A stretch of 60,513 nt of DNA, counting the filler. It is 8 parts of 8 records of this genome, joined end to end, with 100 filler letters (N's around TTAATTAATTAA, not from the genome) between each part and the next. Parts side by side here need not be neighbours in the genome. Positions count along the whole stretch, not along the records: positions 26,340 to 36,269 come from SRR31156797_56614; positions 36,370 to 43,749 come from SRR31156797_56644; 6 more parts are not named here. One strand, 5' to 3'. Shown in pieces: positions 29,209-39,968 of this stretch (position 1 is the first letter of the stretch; the number at the start of each line of letters is the position of its first letter). The notes beneath the pieces were generated by a model, which was not told where the DNA came from, made no database searches, and saw only the letters and a program-made list of their open reading frames with translations. The translations under genes were made by a program, and so were the position numbers.

Positions 29209-31137
29209 TTATTTTTCCTGATGTTTAAGAACTATGGTTTCGCGGTAGGCTTTGTTCAGCTGTTTTATCATCTTATTCCAATCGGTAAAATCCGATTTTG
29301 GCAGATTTAAAAACTGAAAGCTGATACTTTTTTCCTGAATCACCCTATTTCCTTCTTTTTTATAGGCGATATCAAAACCAAAATGTTTGTTACTGTAGCT
29401 CGAATTTTTAGGCAGATATTCCAATTGGTAATCTGCAGGTATTTCAACACTGGTAACATCCGTTTTGGTAAAATGAAAATCGTTGCCAATTGGCGCTATA
29501 GAAATAGTGGTATCTGCTTTAAAGTTCTTGTACTCTTTCTCTAAATTTAAATTGATATAGATCTCATCTTCATAAGATCTCAGGTAATTTTCCACTTTAA
29601 ATTCATAATTGATATCAATAGATTTTTCACGATCCTGTAGTTGACTGACTTCATAATTGCTAAGCGTACATTTGTTGTTCCCTTTATTTAAAATCTTTGT
29701 TAACTTCTTCTTTAAACGCTCCTCTGTTTGGCCGTAAATAGCATAACCCATTTCCATACGGTTGTAACCGATATGGCTACGCTTTCCAATTCCATTCACC
29801 GTTTTATTGTCAATTTTTATCTGAACAGAGTCAACAATCTGATTTCGGGAATGCGACAGAACAGGTAGCTTGAATATTTTGTACTCATCCTTATCGATGC
29901 TCAGCAAAATATCTTTTCCCTGAATATGATCGGGAATCTGCCCAAACTGCAAATGACGTATGGTTCCGTCCATTACAATCAAAGAATCTTTGTTCAGATA
30001 AGCAGCCACCATGTGATTATCGGTTTGAATGGTTGGCAATTCCTTGTAAGTATAAGGTAATCTTCGAGTGCCCACCCATGCATAATAGCAAGGTAATCCG
30101 GCATAATCCATCATGGTTTTAATGATACTGGTCATGTCCTTACAATCACCATATCTTTTCTCGAAAACCATTTTTGCTGAATGAGGTACAAAACCTCTCA
30201 TGCCTTGTTCGTAGGCTACATATTTGATATTGTCCTGCACCCAATACAAAATCGCTTTTGCCTTCTCATCATCGCTCTCTATTCCCTGTAACAATTCCAC
30301 TACAAATGCTTTCAGTTCATCCGAATCATCCTTCAGTTCTTTAATGTTGGTATAGTAAAAACTGTACAGATCTTCCATGCTCCCATAATAACTTTCCGAC
30401 TTGCCTTTATGGTTTAGTTCGCTTACAATTGGAATTAAATGCGGCGAATAATGCAGCATATTAAAGTTCTCATTACCTGCCTTCAGCTCCGGAAGATCCT
30501 GTGCTTCCCAAACAAGATATTTGTACTTTCCCTTTTTATACTCTGTAAATTCATGAGGCATTTTTTCATCATGAAACAAACGATAATCCATGCTGATATC
30601 CTTGTGATATTTAATCACAAACTTAGAATGCAGACTAGGAATGTAGGACTGAAAGAAAAACTTCCGCAAAAAGCGTGGGTTCTGATAATCGATACGATAC
30701 TCTACCGAGGTTACCGCTCCTTTTTGCACATTTGGATAGGTGAAATGAATCAACTTGGAATCGTCGTAGAATATCGAATTCGAAATATCGTGAGTCTCCT
30801 TAAAGGTAGTAGCCTCAACTGTTTTAAATTTTTCTCCATCGGGGATATACGTTTTTGCCTTTATATCATGAATACTGGAGAAACTTGAGTAAAAGATATT
30901 ATCGTTCGAGAAAGCTTTGGTGTGCTCATTTAGTATTAAAATTTGCTCTTTCACATTCTGTGAAGCCACAATCTTACCATCTTTCAAATCTAACAGCAAA
31001 GTGCTTTCCTTTTCCAGAAAGACAGCATTCTGCGCCTTGTATTTCTCTTTTAGTAAAGATAGATCCTGCTTAAACTGTGCATTCAAACAAAGAGGTATAC
31101 AAAACAAAAGAAGAACTAAAATTTTCCTTGACATCAT
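29209..31137 (-). CDS. Secreted DUF3857 plus transglutaminase-like protein
   Basis: Signal peptide, WVQDNIKYVA, GDCKD, NHMV and MDGT (Cys-His-Asp triad). Confidence 0.9.
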   Translation of the reverse strand: MMSRKILVLLLFCIPLCLNAQFKQDLSLLKEKYKAQNAVFLEKESTLLLDLKDGKIVASQNVKEQILILNEHTKAFSNDNIFYSSFSSIHDIKAKTYIPDGEKFKTVEATTFKETHDISNSIFYDDSKLIHFTYPNVQKGAVTSVEYRIDYQNPRFLRKFFFQSYIPSLHSKFVIKYHKDISMDYRLFHDEKMPHEFTEYKKGKYKYLVWEAQDLPELKAGNENFNMLHYSPHLIPIVSELNHKGKSESYYGSMEDLYSFYYTNIKELKDDSDELKAFVVELLQGIESDDEKAKAILYWVQDNIKYVAYEQGMRGFVPHSAKMVFEKRYGDCKDMTSIIKTMMDYAGLPCYYAWVGTRRLPYTYKELPTIQTDNHMVAAYLNKDSLIVMDGTIRHLQFGQIPDHIQGKDILLSIDKDEYKIFKLPVLSHSRNQIVDSVQIKIDNKTVNGIGKRSHIGYNRMEMGYAIYGQTEERLKKKLTKILNKGNNKCTLSNYEVSQLQDREKSIDINYEFKVENYLRSYEDEIYINLNLEKEYKNFKADTTISIAPIGNDFHFTKTDVTSVEIPADYQLEYLPKNSSYSNKHFGFDIAYKKEGNRVIQEKSISFQFLNLPKSDFTDWNKMIKQLNKAYRETIVLKHQEK

Positions 31138-34100
31138 AGTACTTTGTAGTTAACTAATTTACTATTCCAATACTCCTCTATACTGATTAACTTGCCCATC
31201 TGGTTGTAATTCTTACATTCTCCCTGTAAGTTCCCCGTTTTATAGACTTCCAAGCGTTTCAGTTTTCCATTCGGATAATAAGTTCGGCTTTCACCTTCTT
31301 TGGCATTTCGAAAGTAGTTGCTCTTGCTTTTCACATTGCCATACATATCGGTAAAGATCTCCTCTCCAATCTGAACTCCATTGTCAAACTCCATTACAGA
31401 GATCTTTTTTCCATTCCTAAAATATCGCGTGCACTTTCCGTGATATCTTCCGCTTTTATAGGCAGATTCAATACTCGGCTTGCCATTATCGTAGTAGGCA
31501 ACAATTTTTCCGCTGCCCTTTTCCAGATAAATGGTATCGCATAAAGCTCCATTTTTATTGTACTGATAGGCTAGTATCTCACCATCAACATATATCTTTT
31601 TAATCAAGAGATTTCCTTCCGGATCATAATAGCAATGATCTCCATGCTTCTCATCATTTTTATAATGCGATTCAGATTTCATTTTTCCATTTTCCCAATA
31701 AACCGTATAGGTAGAATCCAATTGATCGTTCACGTAATTGTAGGTTCTGTGTAGGGTTCCATCCTCGTAATAATCTGTCCACAAACCGGTTTGATTTCCA
31801 TCGCGAGACTGACCTTTAGTTCTTACTTCTCCCGTAGGATAATATCGAATGTATGCACCCGAAGCCTTATCGTTTTCATATTGCTTTTCAACATACTTAC
31901 TTCCATCAGGGTGATACCAGACCAAATTCCCATTTAATTTTCCGCAGGTCATTACACAATCCCCTTCCAGGGTATTGTTGTAGTTCATAAACTCTCGCTT
32001 ACTTGCAGTAGGCAAAATCTGTGAATACATCATTTCTCCTTCCTTGTTGTATTGACAAAGCTCTACAGGATTTCCTTTCACATATTTGCTCTTTTGTGCC
32101 AACTTGCCATCCACAGCATAATTCCACATCCATCCCGATGCATCTCCCTTTTTATAGGAAAACTCTTGCTCCAATGTTCCGTCTGCATAATAGTTTAGCC
32201 ATAAGCCATCCATTTCACCTTCTACATATTTTCCCCTGGTCTTTATCTGACCATTGTTATAATATTCAAGGTATACACCATGCTCTTTTCCTTTGCTAAA
32301 ATTTCTTTGATAATTAACATTCCCATTTTCGAAATAAGAAATCAATTCCCCATCTACAAGTCCGTTCTCGTAATTCGAGCTTTCCTGTACATTCCCATTT
32401 CTCCAATACGAACTTCTATTCCCGGTTTTTTGTCCATTTATAAATTGTCCTTTGGCTATTAGTCGTCCATCCTGGCTATAGGTTTCGTAAGCAAAGGTTC
32501 CATCTGCCGATCCCGAATGCTGAATGGTATCTCCCTTTGAATTTAAAGAGGCGCTTCCAATAATTGTATCATTTCTATAAGTCTCAATCAAATGAGGCTT
32601 CCCATTTGTAAAAATCACATAATCTCCAATTAGTTCTCCATTGCTATTGTATTCGCTTCTATCGCTAATCGTTCCATTTCTCTCAAAGTTTTCAATCGTT
32701 CCAACTGGCTTGCCATCTTCATAACTTGCTATTGATTTTATCTTCCCATTATCGAAATAATATTTCCAGGTTCCAAGCTCTTTTCCATCCTCGTATTTTC
32801 CTGTAACCGAAATTGATCCATTAGAATAATATTCCTTGTAATCACCATCTCGTAAATCCTCTTTGTAATTCACTTGATAAAATAATTTACCATTGGCATG
32901 ATATCGCTTGTAATCCCCATCTACTTTTGCATCCTTGTATGCAAATATAGAAAGTGTATCTCCTGTTGGGTACATGGCATAACCAGGTCCGTTTAATGTT
33001 CCTTTGGTATACTGATTGTATTCTTCAACCACCTGACAAGGATAAAAGAAAGTTACCTCTCCATCGACTTCGCCCATTTTATATGAAATAGAAGAAGTCT
33101 GGTTTCCATAGGCATCAAATTCACAATACAGTCCATTTAAATTTCCATCGATATAAGCGCAAGTTGTTTCTTTGTAACCCGCAACATTGTAGTAGATCCA
33201 GTCACCTTCTTTTTTTCCATCAATAAACTTACCGCAGGCTTGCAGGCTTCCATTCGAAAAGTAATACTTCCACTCTCCGCTTTCTTTGCCCTCCTTATTT
33301 GCGTTTCCGATAGATTCCAATGCACCTGAATCGTAATGCTGACAAGTCATTTTTGTGCTATCATTTAGCCATCGGTATGTTTTGTACTGTCCAAGATAAC
33401 TTCCTGTAGCATAAAATTCCTTTAAGGATTTCTCATTTTTCTTAGACCATTTGTTAATGCTTTCGCGTCTTGCTGAACGCAATGTGGTATTCAGAAATTC
33501 TTTTATAAAATCATTCTTTTTCGTGTTCTGATAAAAAGGGAAGTAAAACTCTGCCCAAAAATCTCTCTCTTGTGTTTGATATGGTAATTTTTCCAACACC
33601 AGTTGAGTCTGCTTCACCAATGAGGCATTAAAATCGTAGGCTGATTCAAAACGACGGTTCAAAACAATTTTTGCTCGGATGTAATGATCCAATTCCTCAA
33701 ACAATTCATTGGGAACAAAAGGCTCTATTCTTCCACCCACATAAGTGGTATCGATAAAATTGTTAGCCAGATTTTCCAAACAAATTAATGCCTTGTTGCT
33801 TCTATTTGAATTCGGCTCTAATAAAAGAAAGGTCTGTAAAGACATAAATGCATGACTCAACTGACCCTGTGCCGCCGAAATTTTCCCCAGCATCAAATGA
33901 CTTGAGGGATGAAATGGATTCGATTTTAATGCTTTTTGAAAATATTCGAGTGCCTTAGAATAGTTGTTTACTCTATAATAGGTTATTCCCAAATTGAAAA
34001 GTAGCAAGTAGTCATAAGGATATTTCTTTAATGCCTGAGCATAAACTTTAACAGCTTGCTCCCAATCACCTTTTTCGTCGAAAGCTGTTGCCATAGTTCT

Positions 34101-34388
34101 CATAATATGATTCTCATAAGAACTTACGTCGATTAAAGCTTCCTCGCATGTAGCGATGGACTCATCGTACTCCTTAGTAGCGAGGTAAGTCATTGCCAAC
34201 TCGCTCATCATGTATAAATAATTGGTGTCTGCAGGATGTACCTGCTTATACATTTCTATGGCTTCGGGGTATTTGCCTTCATCATACAATGCAACTCCTT
34301 TTTCAATCAGTTCCTGTGAGTTGTATTCCTGATTGTATGCACAAAACGCATACAGAAACAATAAAATACTTAGGGTAGTTTTTTTCAT
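31134..34388 (-). CDS. Secreted TPR plus MORN-variant repeat (YwqK-like) protein
   Basis: Signal peptide from MKKTTLS, N-terminal TPRs, more than 20 YYxNG...Y..G...G repeats. Confidence 0.88.
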   Translation of the reverse strand: MKKTTLSILLFLYAFCAYNQEYNSQELIEKGVALYDEGKYPEAIEMYKQVHPADTNYLYMMSELAMTYLATKEYDESIATCEEALIDVSSYENHIMRTMATAFDEKGDWEQAVKVYAQALKKYPYDYLLLFNLGITYYRVNNYSKALEYFQKALKSNPFHPSSHLMLGKISAAQGQLSHAFMSLQTFLLLEPNSNRSNKALICLENLANNFIDTTYVGGRIEPFVPNELFEELDHYIRAKIVLNRRFESAYDFNASLVKQTQLVLEKLPYQTQERDFWAEFYFPFYQNTKKNDFIKEFLNTTLRSARRESINKWSKKNEKSLKEFYATGSYLGQYKTYRWLNDSTKMTCQHYDSGALESIGNANKEGKESGEWKYYFSNGSLQACGKFIDGKKEGDWIYYNVAGYKETTCAYIDGNLNGLYCEFDAYGNQTSSISYKMGEVDGEVTFFYPCQVVEEYNQYTKGTLNGPGYAMYPTGDTLSIFAYKDAKVDGDYKRYHANGKLFYQVNYKEDLRDGDYKEYYSNGSISVTGKYEDGKELGTWKYYFDNGKIKSIASYEDGKPVGTIENFERNGTISDRSEYNSNGELIGDYVIFTNGKPHLIETYRNDTIIGSASLNSKGDTIQHSGSADGTFAYETYSQDGRLIAKGQFINGQKTGNRSSYWRNGNVQESSNYENGLVDGELISYFENGNVNYQRNFSKGKEHGVYLEYYNNGQIKTRGKYVEGEMDGLWLNYYADGTLEQEFSYKKGDASGWMWNYAVDGKLAQKSKYVKGNPVELCQYNKEGEMMYSQILPTASKREFMNYNNTLEGDCVMTCGKLNGNLVWYHPDGSKYVEKQYENDKASGAYIRYYPTGEVRTKGQSRDGNQTGLWTDYYEDGTLHRTYNYVNDQLDSTYTVYWENGKMKSESHYKNDEKHGDHCYYDPEGNLLIKKIYVDGEILAYQYNKNGALCDTIYLEKGSGKIVAYYDNGKPSIESAYKSGRYHGKCTRYFRNGKKISVMEFDNGVQIGEEIFTDMYGNVKSKSNYFRNAKEGESRTYYPNGKLKRLEVYKTGNLQGECKNYNQMGKLISIEEYWNSKLVNYKVL

Positions 34389-34682
34389 AAAAATTAGCAC
34401 ATTTAACCATTGGCATACTAAAAAGTAATCTTCTTTGTCATCCAATATGTTATATTAATCTTAGAGTAGTATAAAAATAACAAATATTTTTAGTTTACAT
34501 ATTCAATCCTTAACATGATAAAGGTTTTATTGCTTATTCAAAATGAATTTAACTTATTACAAACTATATGTAGACTAAAATAAGATGGTCGCAACAATAA
34601 TTTTGTATGAAATATTCTACAAGCCAATCTAAAATCAATATTTTTGCCAATTCATTTAAGATAGAACTTAGGAAGTACGATA

Positions 34683-35513
34683 ATGCTGGAATTTAAATTA
34701 GAAGAAGAGAAATGTATTGAGTGTGCATTGTGTGCCCAAGATTGCCCGGTTGGTATCATTGAGATGAAACCGAAACCTATCATTCGAGAAGAGCGTGAAC
34801 ACAATTGCTTAAAATGTCAGCATTGCTTGGCTATTTGTCCGACTGCCGCACTTTCCATTTTAGGGAAAAATCCTGAAGATAGTATTCCTGTGAAGGGTGA
34901 AATGCCAAAAGCCGAATCCTTAAGTCGCATGATCAAAACCCGACGTTCGATTCGCAAATACAAACAGGAAGATCTGGATCAAAATTTGATTCAGGAACTT
35001 CTGGAGATTGCAGCCTACGCTCCTACCGGTCATAACGACAATGCTGTTTTAATTTCCTTAATTGACAATAGAACGGATTTACATCTGTTTCGTGAAAAAA
35101 TATATGATGCCATTAAGCAAGCCAAGAAGAATGGTACATTGCCAAAGCAACACGATTTACTTGCTTATTTCCAACGCATGTGGGAAAACAATGGTACAGA
35201 TGTTCTTTTTAGGGATGCTCCTCATATAATCATTGCCTCGGCTCCAGCTTCAGATGCTTCGCCAATGGCTGATTGTATGATTTCCTTAAGCTACTTTGAA
35301 TTAATGGCAAATACCAAAGGTGTAGGCACACTCTGGAATGGCTTAATCAAATGGGTTTTGGATGATATCTCACCTGAGTTAAGAACTTCTCTAGGAATTC
35401 CTGAAGATCATTTAACAGGTTATGTAATGCTATTTGGGAAACCAGCAGTTAAATATGCAAGGGGAATACAGTCAGAAGGATTACAGATTAATCGAATCAA
35501 ACTAAGTGAGTAA
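34683..35513 (+). CDS. Ferredoxin-fused nitroreductase
   Basis: Two CxxCxxCxxxCP motifs; RRSIRKY, APTGHN. Confidence 0.93.
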   Translation: MLEFKLEEEKCIECALCAQDCPVGIIEMKPKPIIREEREHNCLKCQHCLAICPTAALSILGKNPEDSIPVKGEMPKAESLSRMIKTRRSIRKYKQEDLDQNLIQELLEIAAYAPTGHNDNAVLISLIDNRTDLHLFREKIYDAIKQAKKNGTLPKQHDLLAYFQRMWENNGTDVLFRDAPHIIIASAPASDASPMADCMISLSYFELMANTKGVGTLWNGLIKWVLDDISPELRTSLGIPEDHLTGYVMLFGKPAVKYARGIQSEGLQINRIKLSE

Positions 35514-35537
35514 AGATTCGTCTAGAATAAAATTGAA

Positions 35538-35573
35538 GGAACCCAAAATGTACTCTATTTTGGGTTCTTTTTT
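35538..35573 (+). terminator. Rho-independent terminator
   Basis: GAACCCAAAAT...ATTTTGGGTTC followed by a T-run. Confidence 0.8.
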
Positions 35574-35744
35574 ATTGGAGCAAGTCCTAAATTATAATTC
35601 ACAAAAATTAACACATTATTAACATTCCTATATCCATCTAATTTCCAGCAATTCACACACATATGTAACCATGTAATGTCTGTGTTCCATATTGTTTAGT
35701 AACTGATAATGATCTAATCTTGCAGAACAATTAAAGCTTAGAAA

Positions 35745-36269
35745 ATGTATTATAACAAAACAATTATTTCAATTTTAACTTCAGGTCTGCTATTGCTATC
35801 GCTTGTAGTTAATGCTAAAAAGAACGAAATGGAACAAGGAAAAAATGAATACCCGCGAGCATTTTCCCATATTGGAATTACGGTTCCTGATTTGGATAAG
35901 GCTGTAGAGTTTTATACTGAAGTGATGGGCTTTTACATCATTATGCCTCCAACAGAGGTTGTTGAAGAGAATGAAACTGCCATTGGTAAAATGTGTATTG
36001 ATGTGTTTGGAGAAGGATGGGGAACTTTTCGCATTGCTCACCTTTCAACAGGAGACAGAATCGGCATTGAACTGTTTGAATTTAAAGAGAGTAAAGAACA
36101 AAAGCCTACCTTTGAACCATTTAAGACAGGCTTGTTTCACTTCTCGGTTCAGGATCCTGATGTAGAAGGATTGGTTGCCAAAATAGTTGAGCATGGTGGC
36201 AAACAGCGCATGCCCATCAGAGAATATTACCCTGGCGACAAACCATATAGAATGTGTTATGTAGAAGAT
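35745..36269 (+). CDS. VOC / lactoylglutathione lyase-like protein, 3'-truncated
   Basis: FSHIGITVPDLDKAVEFY, IGIELFEF, GLFHF. Confidence 0.88.
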
Positions 36270-36369
36270 NNNNNNNNNNNNNNNNNNNNNNNNNNNNNNN
36301 NNNNNNNNNNNNNTTAATTAATTAANNNNNNNNNNNNNNNNNNNNNNNNNNNNNNNNNNNNNNNNNNNN
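36270..36369. other. Artificial contig linker
   Basis: N44-TTAATTAATTAA-N44. Confidence 0.98.
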
Positions 36370-37712
36370 TTTTTGAATGCGCTTAAGCCGAAGCTGGCAG
36401 TGCAATTCACCGCTTTGGGGAAATCACAGCTCTCGACTTCCTTTCGCAGTTCCTCTGCCAGGTTGCACAGGCCTTTGCGATCGGTTCCGGGACAGATGAT
36501 GAGAAACTCCTCTCCTCCCCATCTGCCTAAAAGATCTGTTTTGCGGATCCTGGACTGAAGCAGCTGAGCCATGCAGACGAGAACCTCATCGCCCACGGGA
36601 TGCCCGTAGGTATCGTTCACTTTCTTAAAGAAATCGATATCCATCAGGATAATCCCGAAGGGGTGGCCGAAGCGCAAAGAATAGAACATCTCGTTATCGA
36701 GGGCTTCATCCAGCCTGTATCGATTGAAGATGCCCGTCAGTTTGTCCTTCCTGGCAAGCGTATGAAGCTCCTTGTTTTTCTCCTCCAGCTGGACCTTCAT
36801 CCTTTCAAGGTCTTCAAGCAATAGCTGGGTCTGCCTCTTCTGATCGGTGAGCCTCCTGTTCCAGATCAGGGAGCCGGTGATAATCAAAGCGGCCACGAAC
36901 AGGACCTGCCAGACAAGCGTATAGTCCACCCTGTCGGTCTGAATCTTGATCCATTTATTATAAATCTGATTGTGTTCTTCAGGGGAAATGTCGGCAAAGA
37001 CCTTGTTAATGATCTCAATTGTCGGGGCATGTTCGGGAGGCAGACCTATGCGGTGTTCAAAGACATATTCTGTTTTGCCCGCTATGCGGAGATTCAAGCG
37101 GTGCTTGTTGATATTCTCTCTCACCACTGCCAGATGGCCCACAAAGGCGTCGATCTTACCGTCTTCCACAAGCTGGAGGCCTTCCTTCGCGCTGTCCGTG
37201 GTGACCAGTTCTATCTCAGGATAATTCTGCTTGAGGAAACTGTGGCTCGTGTAGCCTTTTCCGACGCCGATAAGCTTGCCTGACAGCTCTGAGGTGCTGC
37301 TGATAAAGTCCGCGTCGGCTTCGGTCGCAATCACCAGGGGAAAGGATGTGTAGGGATCGGTAACGCGTATCTCCGTATTGACGATCTCTTCCAGGCTTAT
37401 TGCCGGTATGATATCGATTTCCTTCTTATCGAACTTGTCCAGAACCTCCTGCCATGTCCGGCTCATCGCAAACCTCATTTCAAGACCTGTCCTATCCTCT
37501 ATGATCTTCAGGTAGTCCGCGATGATCCCTTTGTATTCGGGATAGTCGGAGGTATAGGAAAGGGGTTCCCAGTCCACCTCGCTGAATGTCAAAGGACCGA
37601 CGAGCTCGAGCCATTCCCTCTCACTCTCAGTGAGCTCCAGGCTGAAGCTCGTTTCCGTGAGAGTTATAAACATAAGCGTTGAGATTATCAGGATTAGGTA
37701 TTTATCTTTCAT
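36370..37712 (-). CDS. Diguanylate cyclase with periplasmic substrate-binding domain, 3'-truncated
   Basis: PBP domain, TM, DIDFFKKVNDTYGH, RKTD I-site, WGGEEF. Confidence 0.92.
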
Positions 37713-37914
37713 GTTTATCAAATCTAAGTTCAGATTACCGTATTATAGAATTATTCTTTATTTAAACCGGGCTGTCAAATTGGGGAAGAGAAAGGGACTG
37801 ATATTCTCAGTGCATTGATCAGAGAGCATATGCGTTTTGCCTGATACTTTACTGAAAAGCCCTTCGCAGCGTTCGGTCCGGCAGAGCTTTCAAAATAGTA
37901 TGAGAAACAGCTCG

Positions 37915-39828
37915 CTACTCCAGAGTGCTGACCATGTTCTGCAGTGTTTCAATGCTGTCCATCAGACCTTTGAGCTTCAGGGTATGGTCGGACATCTGGG
38001 CTTCCAGTTTCTTGCCCGAACCCGTCAGTTTGATGATGGAATCGTTTATTTCATTGCTCAGCTCATCCGCTTCGATCTGGTTGGTATTGATCTTCTCCAC
38101 CTGCTCTTTCAGGTTCTCCATGCGTTTGCTTACGTCAGAGACCGCGTCCTTGCTCACCTTGACCTGTCCCTCTGTTTTATCTGCCAGTTGTTTCACCTCC
38201 CTGGCGATGACTGAAAAACCGCCGCCGGCCTGTCCGGCCCTGGCCGCTTCTATGGAGGCATTGAAGCCGAGTACATTGGTCTGCCCGGCGATATCCACAA
38301 TATTGTAGAGGATCTGCTCCACGTCTCCGGTACTGGAGCCCAGGCGGACGAGCTCGTCTGTGATGCCATGGCCTTCCCTTTTGGAATGGTCGATCAGGGA
38401 GTGAAGGACCTCGAAATTCCTGTTAATCCTTTCAATGATTTCATCGTTGTTCCGGGCGTTGCGACTGGACTCTTCTATGATTTTCGTCATGAGCTTGATG
38501 CTGGTCCTGCTGGAATCCCACATCCTGTCTTTGATCATCATGATCTGCTTCTGCTGGTTCAGCTTCCGGCGGAGGAAGAACTCCTTGAATCCCGAGTATT
38601 GGACTGTGAAATTATCTATGTATCTGTCATGGAAGCGATCCCCCTCCTGAACTCTGTAAAGGAACAGGGCTGTCAGGGTCTGATTGATACTGACGCCTAA
38701 CAGCTCACCGAAGGTCGAAAATCCGGCGACCCGGATCTGGTCGAATGAGTGAACCCTACCGAGATTTTCGCCGTTGAACAGCCGGCGGAGGATGCAGTCA
38801 TTGAAGATCCCTCCCAGAGGGGAGACGCTCTTGTCCTGTTTGAAATCCTTGTAATCCCTTTCCACGGATTGGACGAAGTCGGTATGGCGGACCAGGAACA
38901 ACTCATCCCCAAAATCAAGATCGCAATAGAAATGGATGCGCCGTCTCTCAAAATCAAAGGCCGATATGGATCTAACGTAGATATCGTCATTTATCTTGAT
39001 GGCAAAACTGTAGTTCCTGAGTTTCCCTTCCAGCTCTTCTTCACGGCATTTGAAATGACGGCAGAGCTGTTCGATAACATCCGTCACGTTGCCCGTCTGC
39101 GGATCGATAATGCTCTCAACATACCGCTGTACGGGATCTGCCCGGGCAATGGTCATATAGAAGGAGGTCCATTCGAAATTCTGCGATTTGAAAACCCCCA
39201 TGCGAATATCATTACGAAACTTAATAAGGGTGATGACGGCCCTGTTTTGAACGACCTCTGTGTTGTCGAAGATATAGGTATTCTTGAAGTCCAGGAGGCC
39301 TCCCGCGGAACCGCCTATGGTAAGGCAGGGCAGTTTGCCCACGTCATAAAGGGCTTCCATGAAAAAGCTTTCGCTCCGGGACAGGCCGTCGATCAGGGTA
39401 TGGGCAATGCAGTGTTTATGGTCGAGATTGAATGCGGGTTCCATTTTCCTCAGTTCTCCGGCGATCAGCTCGGTACGCTCGGCAGCCGGCAGATCAGGAT
39501 CGTGGAGCTCTATGGTATGGATGTCCACATCCTCGACGATCTCCCGGGAGAAGGCCTGGAGGACGATCGACTTTCTGGATTCATCGGCAGGGATGTACAG
39601 GGGCATGTCCTGATCACGGTTGAAAGAACACAGCTCCCCGGCTGTGGAGGTGAGGACCAAGGATGTATCGGGAGTCAGTTCCTTCAGTTTCCTGGACGTG
39701 GAATCGAAATCCAGGTCGGGGGACAGATAACCCAGTATCAGCCGGGGAATCCCGCCGAAAGCATCCTTTAGGTCAAAAGCACTCAAGTCATGGTAGGACA
39801 GATGCACTTGAGCAATATCGTTAATCAT
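37915..39828 (-). CDS. Soluble chemoreceptor: FIST (NosP-like) domain plus MCP signalling domain
   Basis: STAGE, GGSAG, CILR and GFSTFGE FIST motifs; [17 protein letters not shown]; no TM. Confidence 0.87.
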   Translation of the reverse strand: MINDIAQVHLSYHDLSAFDLKDAFGGIPRLILGYLSPDLDFDSTSRKLKELTPDTSLVLTSTAGELCSFNRDQDMPLYIPADESRKSIVLQAFSREIVEDVDIHTIELHDPDLPAAERTELIAGELRKMEPAFNLDHKHCIAHTLIDGLSRSESFFMEALYDVGKLPCLTIGGSAGGLLDFKNTYIFDNTEVVQNRAVITLIKFRNDIRMGVFKSQNFEWTSFYMTIARADPVQRYVESIIDPQTGNVTDVIEQLCRHFKCREEELEGKLRNYSFAIKINDDIYVRSISAFDFERRRIHFYCDLDFGDELFLVRHTDFVQSVERDYKDFKQDKSVSPLGGIFNDCILRRLFNGENLGRVHSFDQIRVAGFSTFGELLGVSINQTLTALFLYRVQEGDRFHDRYIDNFTVQYSGFKEFFLRRKLNQQKQIMMIKDRMWDSSRTSIKLMTKIIEESSRNARNNDEIIERINRNFEVLHSLIDHSKREGHGITDELVRLGSSTGDVEQILYNIVDIAGQTNVLGFNASIEAARAGQAGGGFSVIAREVKQLADKTEGQVKVSKDAVSDVSKRMENLKEQVEKINTNQIEADELSNEINDSIIKLTGSGKKLEAQMSDHTLKLKGLMDSIETLQNMVSTLE

Positions 39829-39968
39829 TTCTCATTCTCCGTTCATGATAATATAGGTAGCAGAAAGGCTGGCGATGTATCTATTTTATTTTTTGAATGA
39901 TAGTACCACAGGGTCGCATTTTCAAATTCGGCATCGAATAATAATCGGAATTCTGCTATATATTGGGA

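Noticed and set aside
38749-39771. Long antisense ORFs (340 aa here; also 13245-14081 and 14972-15859)
   Set aside because: Shadow frames opposite well-supported genes in GC-rich sequence, with no recognisable motifs.
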